Virus record (IMG/VR): IMGVR_UViG_3300042554_001073
DNA: 64,000 nucleotides
Origin: a virus
Direction: 5' to 3' (one strand)
The notes under the pieces were generated by a model that was not told the DNA's origin, searched no databases, and worked only from the letters and a program-made list of their open reading frames with translations. Shown piece after piece: positions 7,223 through 16,518 of the stretch. The number at the start of each line of letters is the position of its first letter. The stretch's first letter is position 1. A program made the position numbers and the translations under genes.

Positions 7223-7246
7223 AAAAAGGGGGTCGCAAGGACCCCC
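7223..7246 (-). terminator. Rho-independent terminator followed by -10 TATAAT (7218-7213) for the AAA ATPase gene
   Basis: GGGGGTC-CTTGC-GACCCCC-TTTTT, then CGTTTATAAT. Confidence 0.7.
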
Positions 7247-7251
7247 AGTGG

Positions 7252-7446
7252 TCAGTTCGCCAACTGGTTCTTGAGTTCCTCAAGGTAGTCAGCACTAGCA
7301 ATATGTCCCGTATATCCAGGATAATATTTTTTCACAAGTGCTGGAATGCCCATAGCAGTTGTGCTGCTATTACACTTAATCCATACTTCTTTGGTGTCGT
7401 ACTTAACGACATGTTCAAGTGGAAATTTAGTTTTCATATTCCTCAT
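7252..7446 (-). CDS. Hypothetical protein (64 aa; likely start at MKTKFP)
   Basis: ORF track; coupled to upstream ORF; same strand as the operon. Confidence 0.65.
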   Translation of the reverse strand: MRNMKTKFPLEHVVKYDTKEVWIKCNSSTTAMGIPALVKKYYPGYTGHIASADYLEELKNQLAN

Positions 7447-7945
7447 AAGTAAATGTTTTGTTCTTCACTTTAGTATCAAACTCTCCAGTTTTGCCTGGGT
7501 TCATTTTACCAACTTTAACACGCTTACCTTCACCTGGCCAAGACTTGTTAGTTCCAACCAGTTGAGCGCCACCTTTTGGTTTCTTTTGAATCAGAACAGA
7601 ATCCTGATTATACTTCTTACCAAGTTTAGTGATTGCTTTCTTAAACTTTTTCTTACCCATCTTACCAGAAGAAACTACGTGCGATTTCTCACCAACTTTT
7701 TTCTCCTGAGCAGTTCCTGGGTTTTCAGTGTATCTACCAGACACTTTAGTAGGTCCTGGAAGACCAGCACCTCTAATATCCTTTTCTAATTGTCTTGAAC
7801 GTGCTTTATTTTCTTTCTTTGATTTATCACCTCTTTGGGCAGACATGATTGCCATGCCACCCTTCTCTGATTTTGAGCGAACTCTATTCAAAGATGTTTC
7901 CTGAATAGAGGAACACTCTGCGATAAATTCCTGGAATGTCTTCAT
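7427..7945 (-). CDS. Basic hypothetical protein with T4-type capsid-targeting N-terminus (putative internal head protein)
   Basis: Begins MKTFQEFIAE; Lys-rich; CTAAATA late-promoter-like site at 7986-7980. Confidence 0.7.
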   Translation of the reverse strand: MKTFQEFIAECSSIQETSLNRVRSKSEKGGMAIMSAQRGDKSKKENKARSRQLEKDIRGAGLPGPTKVSGRYTENPGTAQEKKVGEKSHVVSSGKMGKKKFKKAITKLGKKYNQDSVLIQKKPKGGAQLVGTNKSWPGEGKRVKVGKMNPGKTGEFDTKVKNKTFTYEEYEN

Positions 7946-10152
7946 GCTACCAAAGAGATAAATTCTCCTAATACCTTTTTATTTAGTTTTTTGGTCTTCA
8001 GAGATTTGACAAAAGCAGATTTGATTTGCGATTTTGTGGCATCTTCAGCAACTTCAAACTCTGTATCTTGAGAAAGTGCTGTAGCAGAAAGACCAAAATA
8101 AGCATCATATCCAGAGTTGGTGATAGTAAAACTCTTCAGTTTCTTCCAGTCATTCTGGATTTTTTCATACTGTTTATCAAGTTGAGAATGATAAAGTTGA
8201 ATGAAACGATGAGCATTACGACTTTCAATAACACGAATGCCTATAAAGTTCATTGAAGAAAACTTGTCCTTCAGGTTCTTAAGAAGAGTATCAGTGAAAG
8301 TGTGATATCCGTATCCAACATTATAAGTTGTTCCCAGTTTACGGTCACGAAGGAAAGTATTTTCTGGATGAATGTATCCAGTTCCAAGAACAGGTTCTTT
8401 TGAATAAGAACGCTGAACTTCTTTATGATAAACGAGTTGGTTTGCTTCACCATCAGTCAGAACAATACACTGAACCTTCTGGAGTTTGTTTTCTTTCTGA
8501 AACTTTGGAAGAATTTGGTGAAGGGAAATCAATGCTTCATTCAGAGGAGTTCCAGAAAGAGCCATCCGATTGGAGTAAGTATAAGGAGAACTGTAAGTCC
8601 TAGAAAAACAGTAAGCAAGACGCCAAATGTTGAGAAGTTGATGCTCAAGTTCTTTACCATTCACTTTGCTTGTAAGAATGTTCATCATAGAGAAAGTTTC
8701 ATCTACAAGCAACAAACCCTCCTTTTTCTGATAGTGAGGAGTGCGATCAGCAGCAAGATACTTATCATTCTCATAATCGTACTCTCCACGACGCCATTCA
8801 TTTGTGAAAGCATATACCTCAAAAGGAATAGAGACCTTCTTACAGAACCACACCAGATTGAAGAGTTGCTTACAAGTATCAATCATCACATCGGACATAG
8901 AACCGCTCCAGTCCAACACAAACACCAGACCATGATTCTTGCCATCAGGAATCACTGAAACTTTCTTAAACAGATCTTCATTGTATTTGTAGGTATGAAG
9001 ACGAGAAGTATCAAGAACACCAGTGCGAGCAGTTGAAGCACGAGCATATTGGTCTGCTGCTTTGCGACATTCAAACTCCTTGACCAGGTAGTTCACTTCC
9101 TTTTGAGCAGAAGTCTTAAACTTCCGAAACTCGATATCAGATTCTTTGTAAAGATTTGCTGGAGTATATCCCTTATCTTTTGCGTGTTCGTTATGAAGTT
9201 TCTGTTGATGAGCAAAGGAGTTATTGATATCCTTATGAATCTCAGAGTTTCTGCCAATAACCGTGTCCAGATTCAGTTGAGGAACTTCAACGTAGTTGTT
9301 CTCATAAGCATCACTACCAACAAGGTCACGAAGTTTTTCTTCCAAAGAGTCGGCAGTGCGAACTTCAGGTTCACTTTCTTCACCAGAAGAATTCACTGGA
9401 GTTTGGTCCCCCTGAGCGGTTCCACCATAGGACCCATCATTCTCTTGAGGTTGGGAGTTATCACTATCCCCTTCTTGCTCTGAAGAGGAGTCATTTGTCT
9501 CCACAATCTCATTGGCAGGAGACTGAGAATCTCCTTTCATTTCATGAGAATCAAAGTCAGCAACTTTTTGTTGTTGCTCCTTTTCTTTCTTACAATATTT
9601 GTAAAGTTCCTCAGCAGCAATCAGGGCATCAGCAAAAGTTTCTGATACAGAAATCAGATTGATGATTTCTTGCTCCTCTTGATTAAAATCCAGAGTTACA
9701 AAGTTTCCAATCTTGAAGTGAAGATTAGCGCGGTCAGCAAGATTGAAAGTAGAAATATCTTCTTCTTTAATCTGAAAGAAATCATCTCCATTCAACTCTT
9801 TATAACCATTATAGAAAGTCTTCGCAAGTCCAGCATACTTACGTTTCATCAGTTTCTCAATGCGAGCATCCTCAACAATGTTCACAAACTGCTGCGGAAC
9901 TTTTACTTTATCAGACCAGTCCTCATCGGGCGTAAAGAGTGCGTGACCAACCTCATGACCCACCAGAAGGTCATAGACGGTCCCACTTGCCCTCTCCCAC
10001 AGAGGAAGCGTCAGAACGCGAGTATGGACATTGAAGCAGGCAGTAGAGACCTTCTTATGCTCCACCACGAGATCCTCAGTGGCAAGCAGTTTGGCAAGTT
10101 GAGATTTGATTTCGTGAGAGACGGGCATCTGATTTGTTTCGTATGAAACCAT
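7942..10152 (-). CDS. Metallopeptidase-like (HExxH) plus VWA domain protein, CobT-like partner of the AAA ATPase
   Basis: LLVGHEVGHALFT, NIVEDARIE, acidic linker, MIDAS VLDWSGSM, GTPL, LTDGE. Start may be at MPVSHE. Confidence 0.8.
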   Translation of the reverse strand: MVSYETNQMPVSHEIKSQLAKLLATEDLVVEHKKVSTACFNVHTRVLTLPLWERASGTVYDLLVGHEVGHALFTPDEDWSDKVKVPQQFVNIVEDARIEKLMKRKYAGLAKTFYNGYKELNGDDFFQIKEEDISTFNLADRANLHFKIGNFVTLDFNQEEQEIINLISVSETFADALIAAEELYKYCKKEKEQQQKVADFDSHEMKGDSQSPANEIVETNDSSSEQEGDSDNSQPQENDGSYGGTAQGDQTPVNSSGEESEPEVRTADSLEEKLRDLVGSDAYENNYVEVPQLNLDTVIGRNSEIHKDINNSFAHQQKLHNEHAKDKGYTPANLYKESDIEFRKFKTSAQKEVNYLVKEFECRKAADQYARASTARTGVLDTSRLHTYKYNEDLFKKVSVIPDGKNHGLVFVLDWSGSMSDVMIDTCKQLFNLVWFCKKVSIPFEVYAFTNEWRRGEYDYENDKYLAADRTPHYQKKEGLLLVDETFSMMNILTSKVNGKELEHQLLNIWRLAYCFSRTYSSPYTYSNRMALSGTPLNEALISLHQILPKFQKENKLQKVQCIVLTDGEANQLVYHKEVQRSYSKEPVLGTGYIHPENTFLRDRKLGTTYNVGYGYHTFTDTLLKNLKDKFSSMNFIGIRVIESRNAHRFIQLYHSQLDKQYEKIQNDWKKLKSFTITNSGYDAYFGLSATALSQDTEFEVAEDATKSQIKSAFVKSLKTKKLNKKVLGEFISLVA

Positions 10153-10157
10153 TATAC

Positions 10158-10186
10158 AAAAAAAGAGGGTGGTAAAACCCTCTTTT
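10158..10186 (-). terminator. Terminator followed by TG-TATAAT -10 element for the VWA/peptidase gene
   Basis: AAAAGAGGGT-TTTACC-ACCCTCTTTT plus a T run, then GTATAAT. Confidence 0.7.
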
Positions 10187-10209
10187 GTGCCAGTTTGGAA
10201 AGTGGTTTG

Positions 10210-10833
10210 TTATGGTTTTGGAGGCATACCACCAGCACCTTTACGTCCAAAGGTCATTGCGTGTCCTGCTCTATCAGCGTGTTGTGCTGCTTTATCACCA
10301 AACTTTCTTTTGATTTGTCTTCTAAGATTATCAGTTTGTTTTACATTTTTTGGAGAATCTTGACCTTCAAACTCACCAGTATAACTTGTAGCATATGCTT
10401 TTGTAGCAGTCTTCTGTGAGATTTCTACAATATCTTCTCTCCACTCTTCACTCATATTCACCATAATTGCTTTTGCTGCTTCTGGGGTTTCAGCATATCC
10501 TTCATCAAGTAAATGTGAAAGGATGATGTCGTAAAGGTCATAATTTTCACCTACATTTAATCTTTTCCTTGCTCTTTGCTTTTCTTGCTCACTTGCGGCA
10601 CGAACTCCTGATAATACTTGTCGGTCATATTTGCGCTTATTTTTTGGTAATCTTTTTGATCCTCTTTGATAAGTACCACCACCAAGAGTTTCTGTTTCAC
10701 TTGCTCTTTGCGAAACTTCTGGAGTTATGAGAGGTCGTCCGTGTCTCTGATTATACTCAAATCTTCCCCCCTCTCTACCCTCAACAACTTCCATATATGC
10801 TTCTTGTAGATTGCGAATGTCTTTAGCGTCCAT
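10210..10833 (-). CDS. Late hypothetical protein with the cyanophage YDIILSHLLDEGYA...IMVNMSEEW domain
   Basis: ORF track; TATAAATA late promoter at 10861-10854. Confidence 0.75.
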   Translation of the reverse strand: MDAKDIRNLQEAYMEVVEGREGGRFEYNQRHGRPLITPEVSQRASETETLGGGTYQRGSKRLPKNKRKYDRQVLSGVRAASEQEKQRARKRLNVGENYDLYDIILSHLLDEGYAETPEAAKAIMVNMSEEWREDIVEISQKTATKAYATSYTGEFEGQDSPKNVKQTDNLRRQIKRKFGDKAAQHADRAGHAMTFGRKGAGGMPPKP

Positions 10834-10853
10834 TTTTACAAATACTTTTTAGT

Positions 10854-10861
10854 TATTTATA
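10854..10861 (-). promoter_or_regulatory. T4-type late promoter TATAAATA
   Basis: Exact gp55 consensus about 20 nt upstream of ORF 10210-10833, directly after hairpin AAGAAGCGT...ACGCTTCTT. Confidence 0.8.
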
Positions 10862-10994
10862 AAAAAGAAGCGTTTCGTTGATTGAGACGCTTCTTGAGTG
10901 CTTGTCTTCGTGCTTTTGCCTGGCGCAGTGCTTGCGGTTTAAGTTTTCGTTTCTGTTCTTTTTTGGAATGGTGCTGCCAGTTTGGAGTGTTCAT
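10857..10994 (-). CDS. Small basic protein (45 aa), not in the ORF track
   Basis: Manual translation MNTPNWQHHSKKEQKRKLKPQALRQAKARRQALKKRLNQRNASFL directly after gp46. Confidence 0.7.
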   Translation of the reverse strand: MNTPNWQHHSKKEQKRKLKPQALRQAKARRQALKKRLNQRNASFL

Positions 10995-11008
10995 TATTCT
11001 TGGGTGGT

Positions 11009-12727
11009 TCAGACCACCATACGCGAAAAACCTTTGACTTTCTCAAACTTTATGACACTTTCAAATCTGTCCTCTAGTCCAGTTTTATGGGAGATAACAA
11101 AGATGTTAGCATCTTTAATCACATAACGAATAATCTTAAGGAACTCTTCTGTTCCAAATCCATCAAGCGAACTATCAAACACCTCATCCATAATCAAAAG
11201 ATTTGTATTAACAGAATTCTTCATTCTGGCAACTTCTCTCCAAGTGAAAAGAAGTGCTAGGTCAATTCTCATTTTCTCTCCTTCACTAAAGGAAGCATAA
11301 GAGAAATCTTCATGAATAGGTGATTGGACGGTTTCATTAAACTCCTCATCAAGAGTAAAGTTGATGTAGAAATCCATCATCTGAAGATAACGGTTAACTT
11401 GCTGATTTATCAGCGGTAGATACTTCTTGATGATTTTAGTTTTTACTCCACCGTCTTTTAGTAAACTATACGAAAAATCGTAATAGTTGATTGTATCTTT
11501 TTTGGAAGCGAGTTCGTCGTATGTAGTTTTTAAGTTGTCTTTGAAGGATTCTAACTTCTCATGTTCAGAATTTCGGTTTGCAAGTTGTTCGGTAATTCTT
11601 TGAATTTCCGATTCCAGACTTCTGATTTGCTTTTGGCATCCAGAAATCTTAACATTGTTTTGAGAAATGCCATTCGTTAGTTTCGAAATCTCCTTCGATA
11701 GAGCGGTGAATTGACGCTCTCGCTCCTCTTCCTCTTTAATTGCCTCTTCCAGTTCTTTATAACCAGATTGCAACTCTTTTGCTTTATTTTGAGCGTCGGT
11801 AATTCTATTTATCCTAAACTCCTCATCAATGGGTTGTGTGCAAGTAGGGCATACCGTATTCTCTGTAAAAAACTTATGCTCTTTAGTAATAGTGGATACT
11901 TTCTGAGATATCTTACCTTTAAGGTTACCCAACTTACGAAGTTTATCTGCATATCCCGTGATAGCATCTTGCTCACGAATTAGTTCTCGAAGAGGTTCTT
12001 CTGCAGAACTATTCTCACTCATATAATCACCAATTTCTTTATCCAAATTGGCAATCTTTTCTTTATTGGCATTTATATTGTCTTTTCCTCTATTCTCAAG
12101 TTCTTCAATAAATTCTTCCTGCATCTTGACTTTATCAAGAAGAGATTCTTTCTTAAGTTCAAAAACTTTTATTTCTTCCTTGACGGAACGAATCTTTTCT
12201 TTGATGAGAGAATTCATAGAAGAGAAGATTTTAATATCAAGCAAATCTTCAATAACTTCTCTACGATGAGCAGCAGATAATTGCATGAATGGAACAAAAG
12301 TGCTACTACCCAAAATTACAATTTGAGTAAAAGACTTATAATTCATCTTAAGAACATTCTGCTCCAACCACTTTTGCTGATCTAAAGCAGCTGCTGATTG
12401 GTCTAGAGCAGCATCATTTCTCCAAATTTCAAAAATAGCAGGTTTTATTCCTCGAACTACTTTCCACTCCGTATTTCCAATAGAAAACTCAACCTCAACC
12501 TTACAATCCTTCTCATTCACGGAATTGATAAGTTGAGGTTTATTAATCTTGCGGAATGGTTTTCCAAACAAAGAAAAAGTAAGAGCATCCAGAACAGTGG
12601 ACTTACCTGCGCCATTTGTTCCGATGATTAAATTTGTTTTGTTTTTTGTAAAGTCAACCTCTGTATATTGATTACCAGTACTTAAGAAGTTTTTCCAACG
12701 AATAGTTTTAAATAAAATCATGTTCAA
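11009..12727 (-). CDS. g46: Recombination exonuclease ATPase subunit gp46 (Rad50/SbcC-like)
   Basis: WKNFLSTGN, Walker A GTNGAGKS, zinc hook CPTC, signature FSEGE, Walker B IMDEVFD. Confidence 0.97.
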   Translation of the reverse strand: MNMILFKTIRWKNFLSTGNQYTEVDFTKNKTNLIIGTNGAGKSTVLDALTFSLFGKPFRKINKPQLINSVNEKDCKVEVEFSIGNTEWKVVRGIKPAIFEIWRNDAALDQSAAALDQQKWLEQNVLKMNYKSFTQIVILGSSTFVPFMQLSAAHRREVIEDLLDIKIFSSMNSLIKEKIRSVKEEIKVFELKKESLLDKVKMQEEFIEELENRGKDNINANKEKIANLDKEIGDYMSENSSAEEPLRELIREQDAITGYADKLRKLGNLKGKISQKVSTITKEHKFFTENTVCPTCTQPIDEEFRINRITDAQNKAKELQSGYKELEEAIKEEEERERQFTALSKEISKLTNGISQNNVKISGCQKQIRSLESEIQRITEQLANRNSEHEKLESFKDNLKTTYDELASKKDTINYYDFSYSLLKDGGVKTKIIKKYLPLINQQVNRYLQMMDFYINFTLDEEFNETVQSPIHEDFSYASFSEGEKMRIDLALLFTWREVARMKNSVNTNLLIMDEVFDSSLDGFGTEEFLKIIRYVIKDANIFVISHKTGLEDRFESVIKFEKVKGFSRMVV

Positions 12728-12980
12728 TATCAGGAGGAATCACAATGTCATTTGGAGTAATAATAGCATATTTGTATCCATGAATTTCGCAAGTATTAAT
12801 CATTACATCATCTTCGATCTCAATCACATGCATTTCTGGACAGTCGTTCTCTTCTAACATCATAGCATATCTAACTGCGTCATCTTCTTCTTCAAAGAGA
12901 TAAAGGATTTGCTCTCCCTCATCATCAACTACAGAATATGCTCCCTCAGTTTCTCTACCATTGATTGTTAGAATAAACAT
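12708..12980 (-). CDS. Conserved hypothetical protein between gp47 and gp46
   Basis: ORF track; overlaps the gp46 start; acidic 90 aa. Confidence 0.75.
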   Translation of the reverse strand: MFILTINGRETEGAYSVVDDEGEQILYLFEEEDDAVRYAMMLEENDCPEMHVIEIEDDVMINTCEIHGYKYAIITPNDIVIPPDIEHDFI

Positions 12981-12981
12981 A

Positions 12982-14022
12982 TTAGACTAATTCACATGCT
13001 TCCTGATATATCTCATGTATCACTTTTTGAACGATTGATTTATCAAGATTGATTTCTGCCTCCTCAATATATCTATTCAAGATAGAAAGAGTATCTTCTG
13101 ACTCAAAGGCTTCAAAATCTTCAGATACATTAACTACAAAATTTTCTACAACTTTGAGTTCAGCAACTCCAGAAGAATAGAGTTTATCAACGAACTTTTC
13201 AAACTTTTTAGTATCTGTTTTCTTACGAACAATGATTCTTACGATCTTGTTCTCATACTCACGAGTATCAAATGTTTGATAGTTTGTATCCTCATAGTAA
13301 ATATTATAAAACAAACGATAAGGATTATTGACAGGTTCGTGAGTTATTGTTTCTGTATCAAAAATATGAAATCCACGAGTATCATTCACATCGTTCCAGA
13401 ACATCTCATAAGGATTTCCTAGATAGAAGACTGTCCCGTTGTCCGATCTAGTGTGATAGTGTCCCGAGTAGACCCTACTGAACTTACCAAATAGTTTGCT
13501 CTCCAAACCGTGCTCCATGACGATTTGTTTATTAACTCTAAATCCTTGGAGCTCAAGGTGCCCCATCGCACACGGGCAAGTTGTCTTTTCAATAAGTTTA
13601 AGAGTATTTGCTTCATTTTCTTGATTTATCCAAGGTATAAAAAGTGTAGGTAGTTGACCCAACATCACTTCAGTTGGTTCAGAATATACAGTCACATTAT
13701 CATATTCACGCAGAAGCAAATCAACCGCGTTTACTTGATTCGTATTTTTATAATAAGCAGTATGATTACCAACAATCGTATGAACTTTCATTCCCATCTC
13801 TTTAAGACGGTCATAATAGTTATTCTTTGCCCACGATAAAGCAGAGAAATCAATACCTTTACGACTATCAAAAGTATCTCCCATATCTACAATGGTAGTA
13901 ATCCCTTGCTCTTCGAGTGTAGGGAAAAATACATCGTTGTAGAACTTTAAGAAATAATCATGAAAGAGTTTAGAATTCTTTCTTGCTCCAAAGTGCTGGT
14001 CGGTAATAATAGCGACTTTCAT
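12982..14022 (-). CDS. g47: Recombination nuclease gp47 (Mre11/SbcD-like)
   Basis: ITDQHFG, MGDTFD, VGNH, SGHYH phosphoesterase motifs. Confidence 0.97.
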   Translation of the reverse strand: MKVAIITDQHFGARKNSKLFHDYFLKFYNDVFFPTLEEQGITTIVDMGDTFDSRKGIDFSALSWAKNNYYDRLKEMGMKVHTIVGNHTAYYKNTNQVNAVDLLLREYDNVTVYSEPTEVMLGQLPTLFIPWINQENEANTLKLIEKTTCPCAMGHLELQGFRVNKQIVMEHGLESKLFGKFSRVYSGHYHTRSDNGTVFYLGNPYEMFWNDVNDTRGFHIFDTETITHEPVNNPYRLFYNIYYEDTNYQTFDTREYENKIVRIIVRKKTDTKKFEKFVDKLYSSGVAELKVVENFVVNVSEDFEAFESEDTLSILNRYIEEAEINLDKSIVQKVIHEIYQEACELV

Positions 14023-14520
14023 TCAATAACGAAGTTTAGAGTGGACACCATCCTTGATACTATTATAGTCGGAATAGTTGCCACCGTCAATATTGTTGTC
14101 ATCTGTAAACACTTCAGAATATCCAGAACGCTCTAGGATTTTGTTCTTGATTTCTAGTTGACGCTTTTCTCTTTGAATACGGCGAAGGAAGGCGTAGTGA
14201 ATGATTTGAGTGAAGTATGCGAAAGGATTTTGTGACTTCTCTGGATTGAAGTTGTGAATGTACTGAACACAGTTCTCAATCCCATCGGAAATCATATCCT
14301 CTTTGAACATGTAGTTGACAAAGTTGGGTTTGAATGATAGGTGATTAGCAATCTTCAGGAAACACTCTCCAATGTAGCGAGGGATGGGAGGCTTTGGTTT
14401 TCCTTGAATCTCTGCGATTTCTTTGTCTTCACGATACTTAATTAGAGCAGCGAGAAACTCTTTGTTGTTTACATAATGCTCTGACCTCTTTCTTTTGGTC
14501 ATAACTGCTGTGGTTATCAT
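14023..14520 (-). CDS. g55: Late transcription sigma factor gp55
   Basis: HYVNNKEFL, IGECFLKIANHLS, DMISDGIENC, NPFAYFTQI, AFLRRI. Confidence 0.96.
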   Translation of the reverse strand: MITTAVMTKRKRSEHYVNNKEFLAALIKYREDKEIAEIQGKPKPPIPRYIGECFLKIANHLSFKPNFVNYMFKEDMISDGIENCVQYIHNFNPEKSQNPFAYFTQIIHYAFLRRIQREKRQLEIKNKILERSGYSEVFTDDNNIDGGNYSDYNSIKDGVHSKLRY

Positions 14521-14545
14521 AAGTTTTTATCATTATTATGTATAA

Positions 14546-14596
14546 ATTATACCACTTAAACAAATACTTGACAAGGTGTGCGAAACCCTGTACAAT
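14546..14596. promoter_or_regulatory. Back-to-back sigma70 promoters: gp55 sense (minus) and antisense (plus)
   Basis: Minus: TTGTCA(14574-14569)-17-TATAAT(14551-14546) with TG extension. Plus: TTGACA(14568-14573)-17-TACAAT(14591-14596). Confidence 0.65.
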
Positions 14597-14625
14597 TACC
14601 TTTGTGGAGGTTAAAAGGGTTAGCT

Positions 14626-15015
14626 TTAGCTATTTTTATAGAGCTTCTCTAATATCTCTTTAGCATCATTGACATTAGCAAGATATCCCATTTTTCTACT
14701 TAACTTGGACTGATTGCCATCATGAGTAGATTGACGGACATAATTCTGATACATCATAATCATTTCTATATCAGAAGATTCTGACAGAGTAAGTACATCT
14801 TCGATATTAAGAATAAACATATCTTCAGTTGTTGTCTTTAACCAAGGTTCTAGTTTATATCCAACTGTTCCGGTTCTTCCTTTTATTTCAGATACAATAA
14901 TTGGATTAGAGACGAGAAGTAAAGTTCTATCATCTTCTTCAGTAGGTGCTACCTTTGCGAAGATTTCTTCTCCTGTTTTTAACTTTATTGTTGCGTAAAA
15001 ATCATCTTCTATCAT
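14626..15015 (-). CDS. Conserved hypothetical protein (Sm-like beta fold possible)
   Basis: IKLKTGEEIFAKV...LEPWL...DVLTL; usual position between uvsW and gp55. Confidence 0.75.
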   Translation of the reverse strand: MIEDDFYATIKLKTGEEIFAKVAPTEEDDRTLLLVSNPIIVSEIKGRTGTVGYKLEPWLKTTTEDMFILNIEDVLTLSESSDIEMIMMYQNYVRQSTHDGNQSKLSRKMGYLANVNDAKEILEKLYKNS

Positions 15016-16490
15016 TTGCTCTTTAATTGAATTGTGATTATTTCATAGTTGAAGTTCTCTTCATTATATGTTTTGATTCTTTCTATAAAGTGATTGAGGG
15101 TATAATTTTTTCTTGACTTATTTGTACAGTCGTCAGCAATATCATAAAGAGTTGCTTTTACTTTATCTTTTCCTTTTCTAAGAACTCGTCCAATGCTTTG
15201 AAGATTTCGTATTCTGGACTTACTTGGTGAGGCAAAGATAACATTATGGAGATTTTTAATGTTGATACCAGTAGAAAAAGTTCCATATGAGGCAACAATG
15301 ATTGCGTTGTTCTCCCTCTCGGTTATCTCTCTTACTAGTTCCCTCTCTTCAGCATCAACTCCACCATGAACAAAAAATACTTTACGCTCATCTCGCTTAT
15401 TAGTATTTATCATATCGTAGAGTATCGCACCATGAGCTTCAACTCTAGCAAATAAAACAAGAGTATTTCCTTTTAGATCTAATGCCAGATTTTTAATAAA
15501 TTTATTTCTCTGTTCGTGACCGATTAAATACTGTATCTCATCTTCATAAGTTTCAAACTTTTGTGGAGAGTGCTTGAGAACAAGACACTGAATATCAAGT
15601 TGAGAAAGATGTCCTTGTCTCATCAACTCATCAGTTCTTGTTACTTTATATGATGGACCAAACAATCCTTCTAGAACCCATTTATGAGTTTGTGTTCCAT
15701 CTAATGTTCCAGTAAACCCAAAACGATACTTGGCATGATGAAGTTTTGTCATAATCTCAATCAGAGATTTGCTCTTGAACAAATGAGCTTCATCACCTAT
15801 AATGACACCATATTCTTCAAAGAATGAACGCTCTAGTTTATATACTGATTGCCAGGTAGTAATAGTCACTGGATATTCATTCGTTTTTTCCCTACCAGAA
15901 TAGATACGGTGGCAGTATGAATCAGCATCCCAACCATAATCAAGGAAGTCCTTGTACATCTGCTCTACAAGAGATGTCGTCGGAACAACTAAAAGAATTT
16001 TTTCGCCTCTATCCACATAATATCTTACGAGAGAATAAATCATCAACGATTTGCCGCTCGCAGTGGGGCTTATCAATAGTTTTCTATTATGCTTTAGGGC
16101 ACCATATACTCCCTCAATTTGATACTTCCTGGGAGTATGGGCACAAATGGAATGCATGTAATCCTTGACACCATCATATGAGATGTGCTCATTCTCTTCG
16201 TATGGAGTGCCATAGAACTTATTATCTTCAAACTTATAAGTGTATCCGTATTGCTTACAGAAGGATACAATCTTATCTAGCAAACCGACATAGATTTGCT
16301 TTGACCTCATATCATATAGATGAATTTCTCCATTCCAATTTCTACCACGGTACTGTGGCATGAACTTAGCGTTAGGAACCTCAAACTTAAAGTGGTCTCT
16401 TAACTCATACTCAATATGAGGTTCTGTGTTGATTTTTAAAAATACTTCGTTGGACTTGGAAATAACAAGGTTTGCTGTAGTATCAATCAC
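15012..16490 (-). CDS. uvsW: SF2 helicase UvsW
   Basis: PRKYQ, SPTASGKS, GDEAH, FTGTLDG, STGINI, QSIGRVLR. Confidence 0.96.
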   Translation of the reverse strand: MIDTTANLVISKSNEVFLKINTEPHIEYELRDHFKFEVPNAKFMPQYRGRNWNGEIHLYDMRSKQIYVGLLDKIVSFCKQYGYTYKFEDNKFYGTPYEENEHISYDGVKDYMHSICAHTPRKYQIEGVYGALKHNRKLLISPTASGKSLMIYSLVRYYVDRGEKILLVVPTTSLVEQMYKDFLDYGWDADSYCHRIYSGREKTNEYPVTITTWQSVYKLERSFFEEYGVIIGDEAHLFKSKSLIEIMTKLHHAKYRFGFTGTLDGTQTHKWVLEGLFGPSYKVTRTDELMRQGHLSQLDIQCLVLKHSPQKFETYEDEIQYLIGHEQRNKFIKNLALDLKGNTLVLFARVEAHGAILYDMINTNKRDERKVFFVHGGVDAEERELVREITERENNAIIVASYGTFSTGINIKNLHNVIFASPSKSRIRNLQSIGRVLRKGKDKVKATLYDIADDCTNKSRKNYTLNHFIERIKTYNEENFNYEIITIQLKSK

Positions 16491-16518
16491 ATATATCCAT
16501 TCATCTATGGATATTTAT

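Noticed and set aside
3272-9483. Many plus-strand and alternate-frame ORFs (e.g. 3661-4302, 4097-4621, 6104-6601, 6698-7159, 8425-8958, 9049-9483)
   Set aside because: They overlap well-supported minus-strand core genes and have no motifs or RBS; shadow ORFs.
6098-10152. Cobalamin biosynthesis (cobS/cobT) as an auxiliary metabolic function
   Set aside because: The sequence supports only a MoxR-type AAA+ and VWA pair; no cobN or other cob genes are present in the window.
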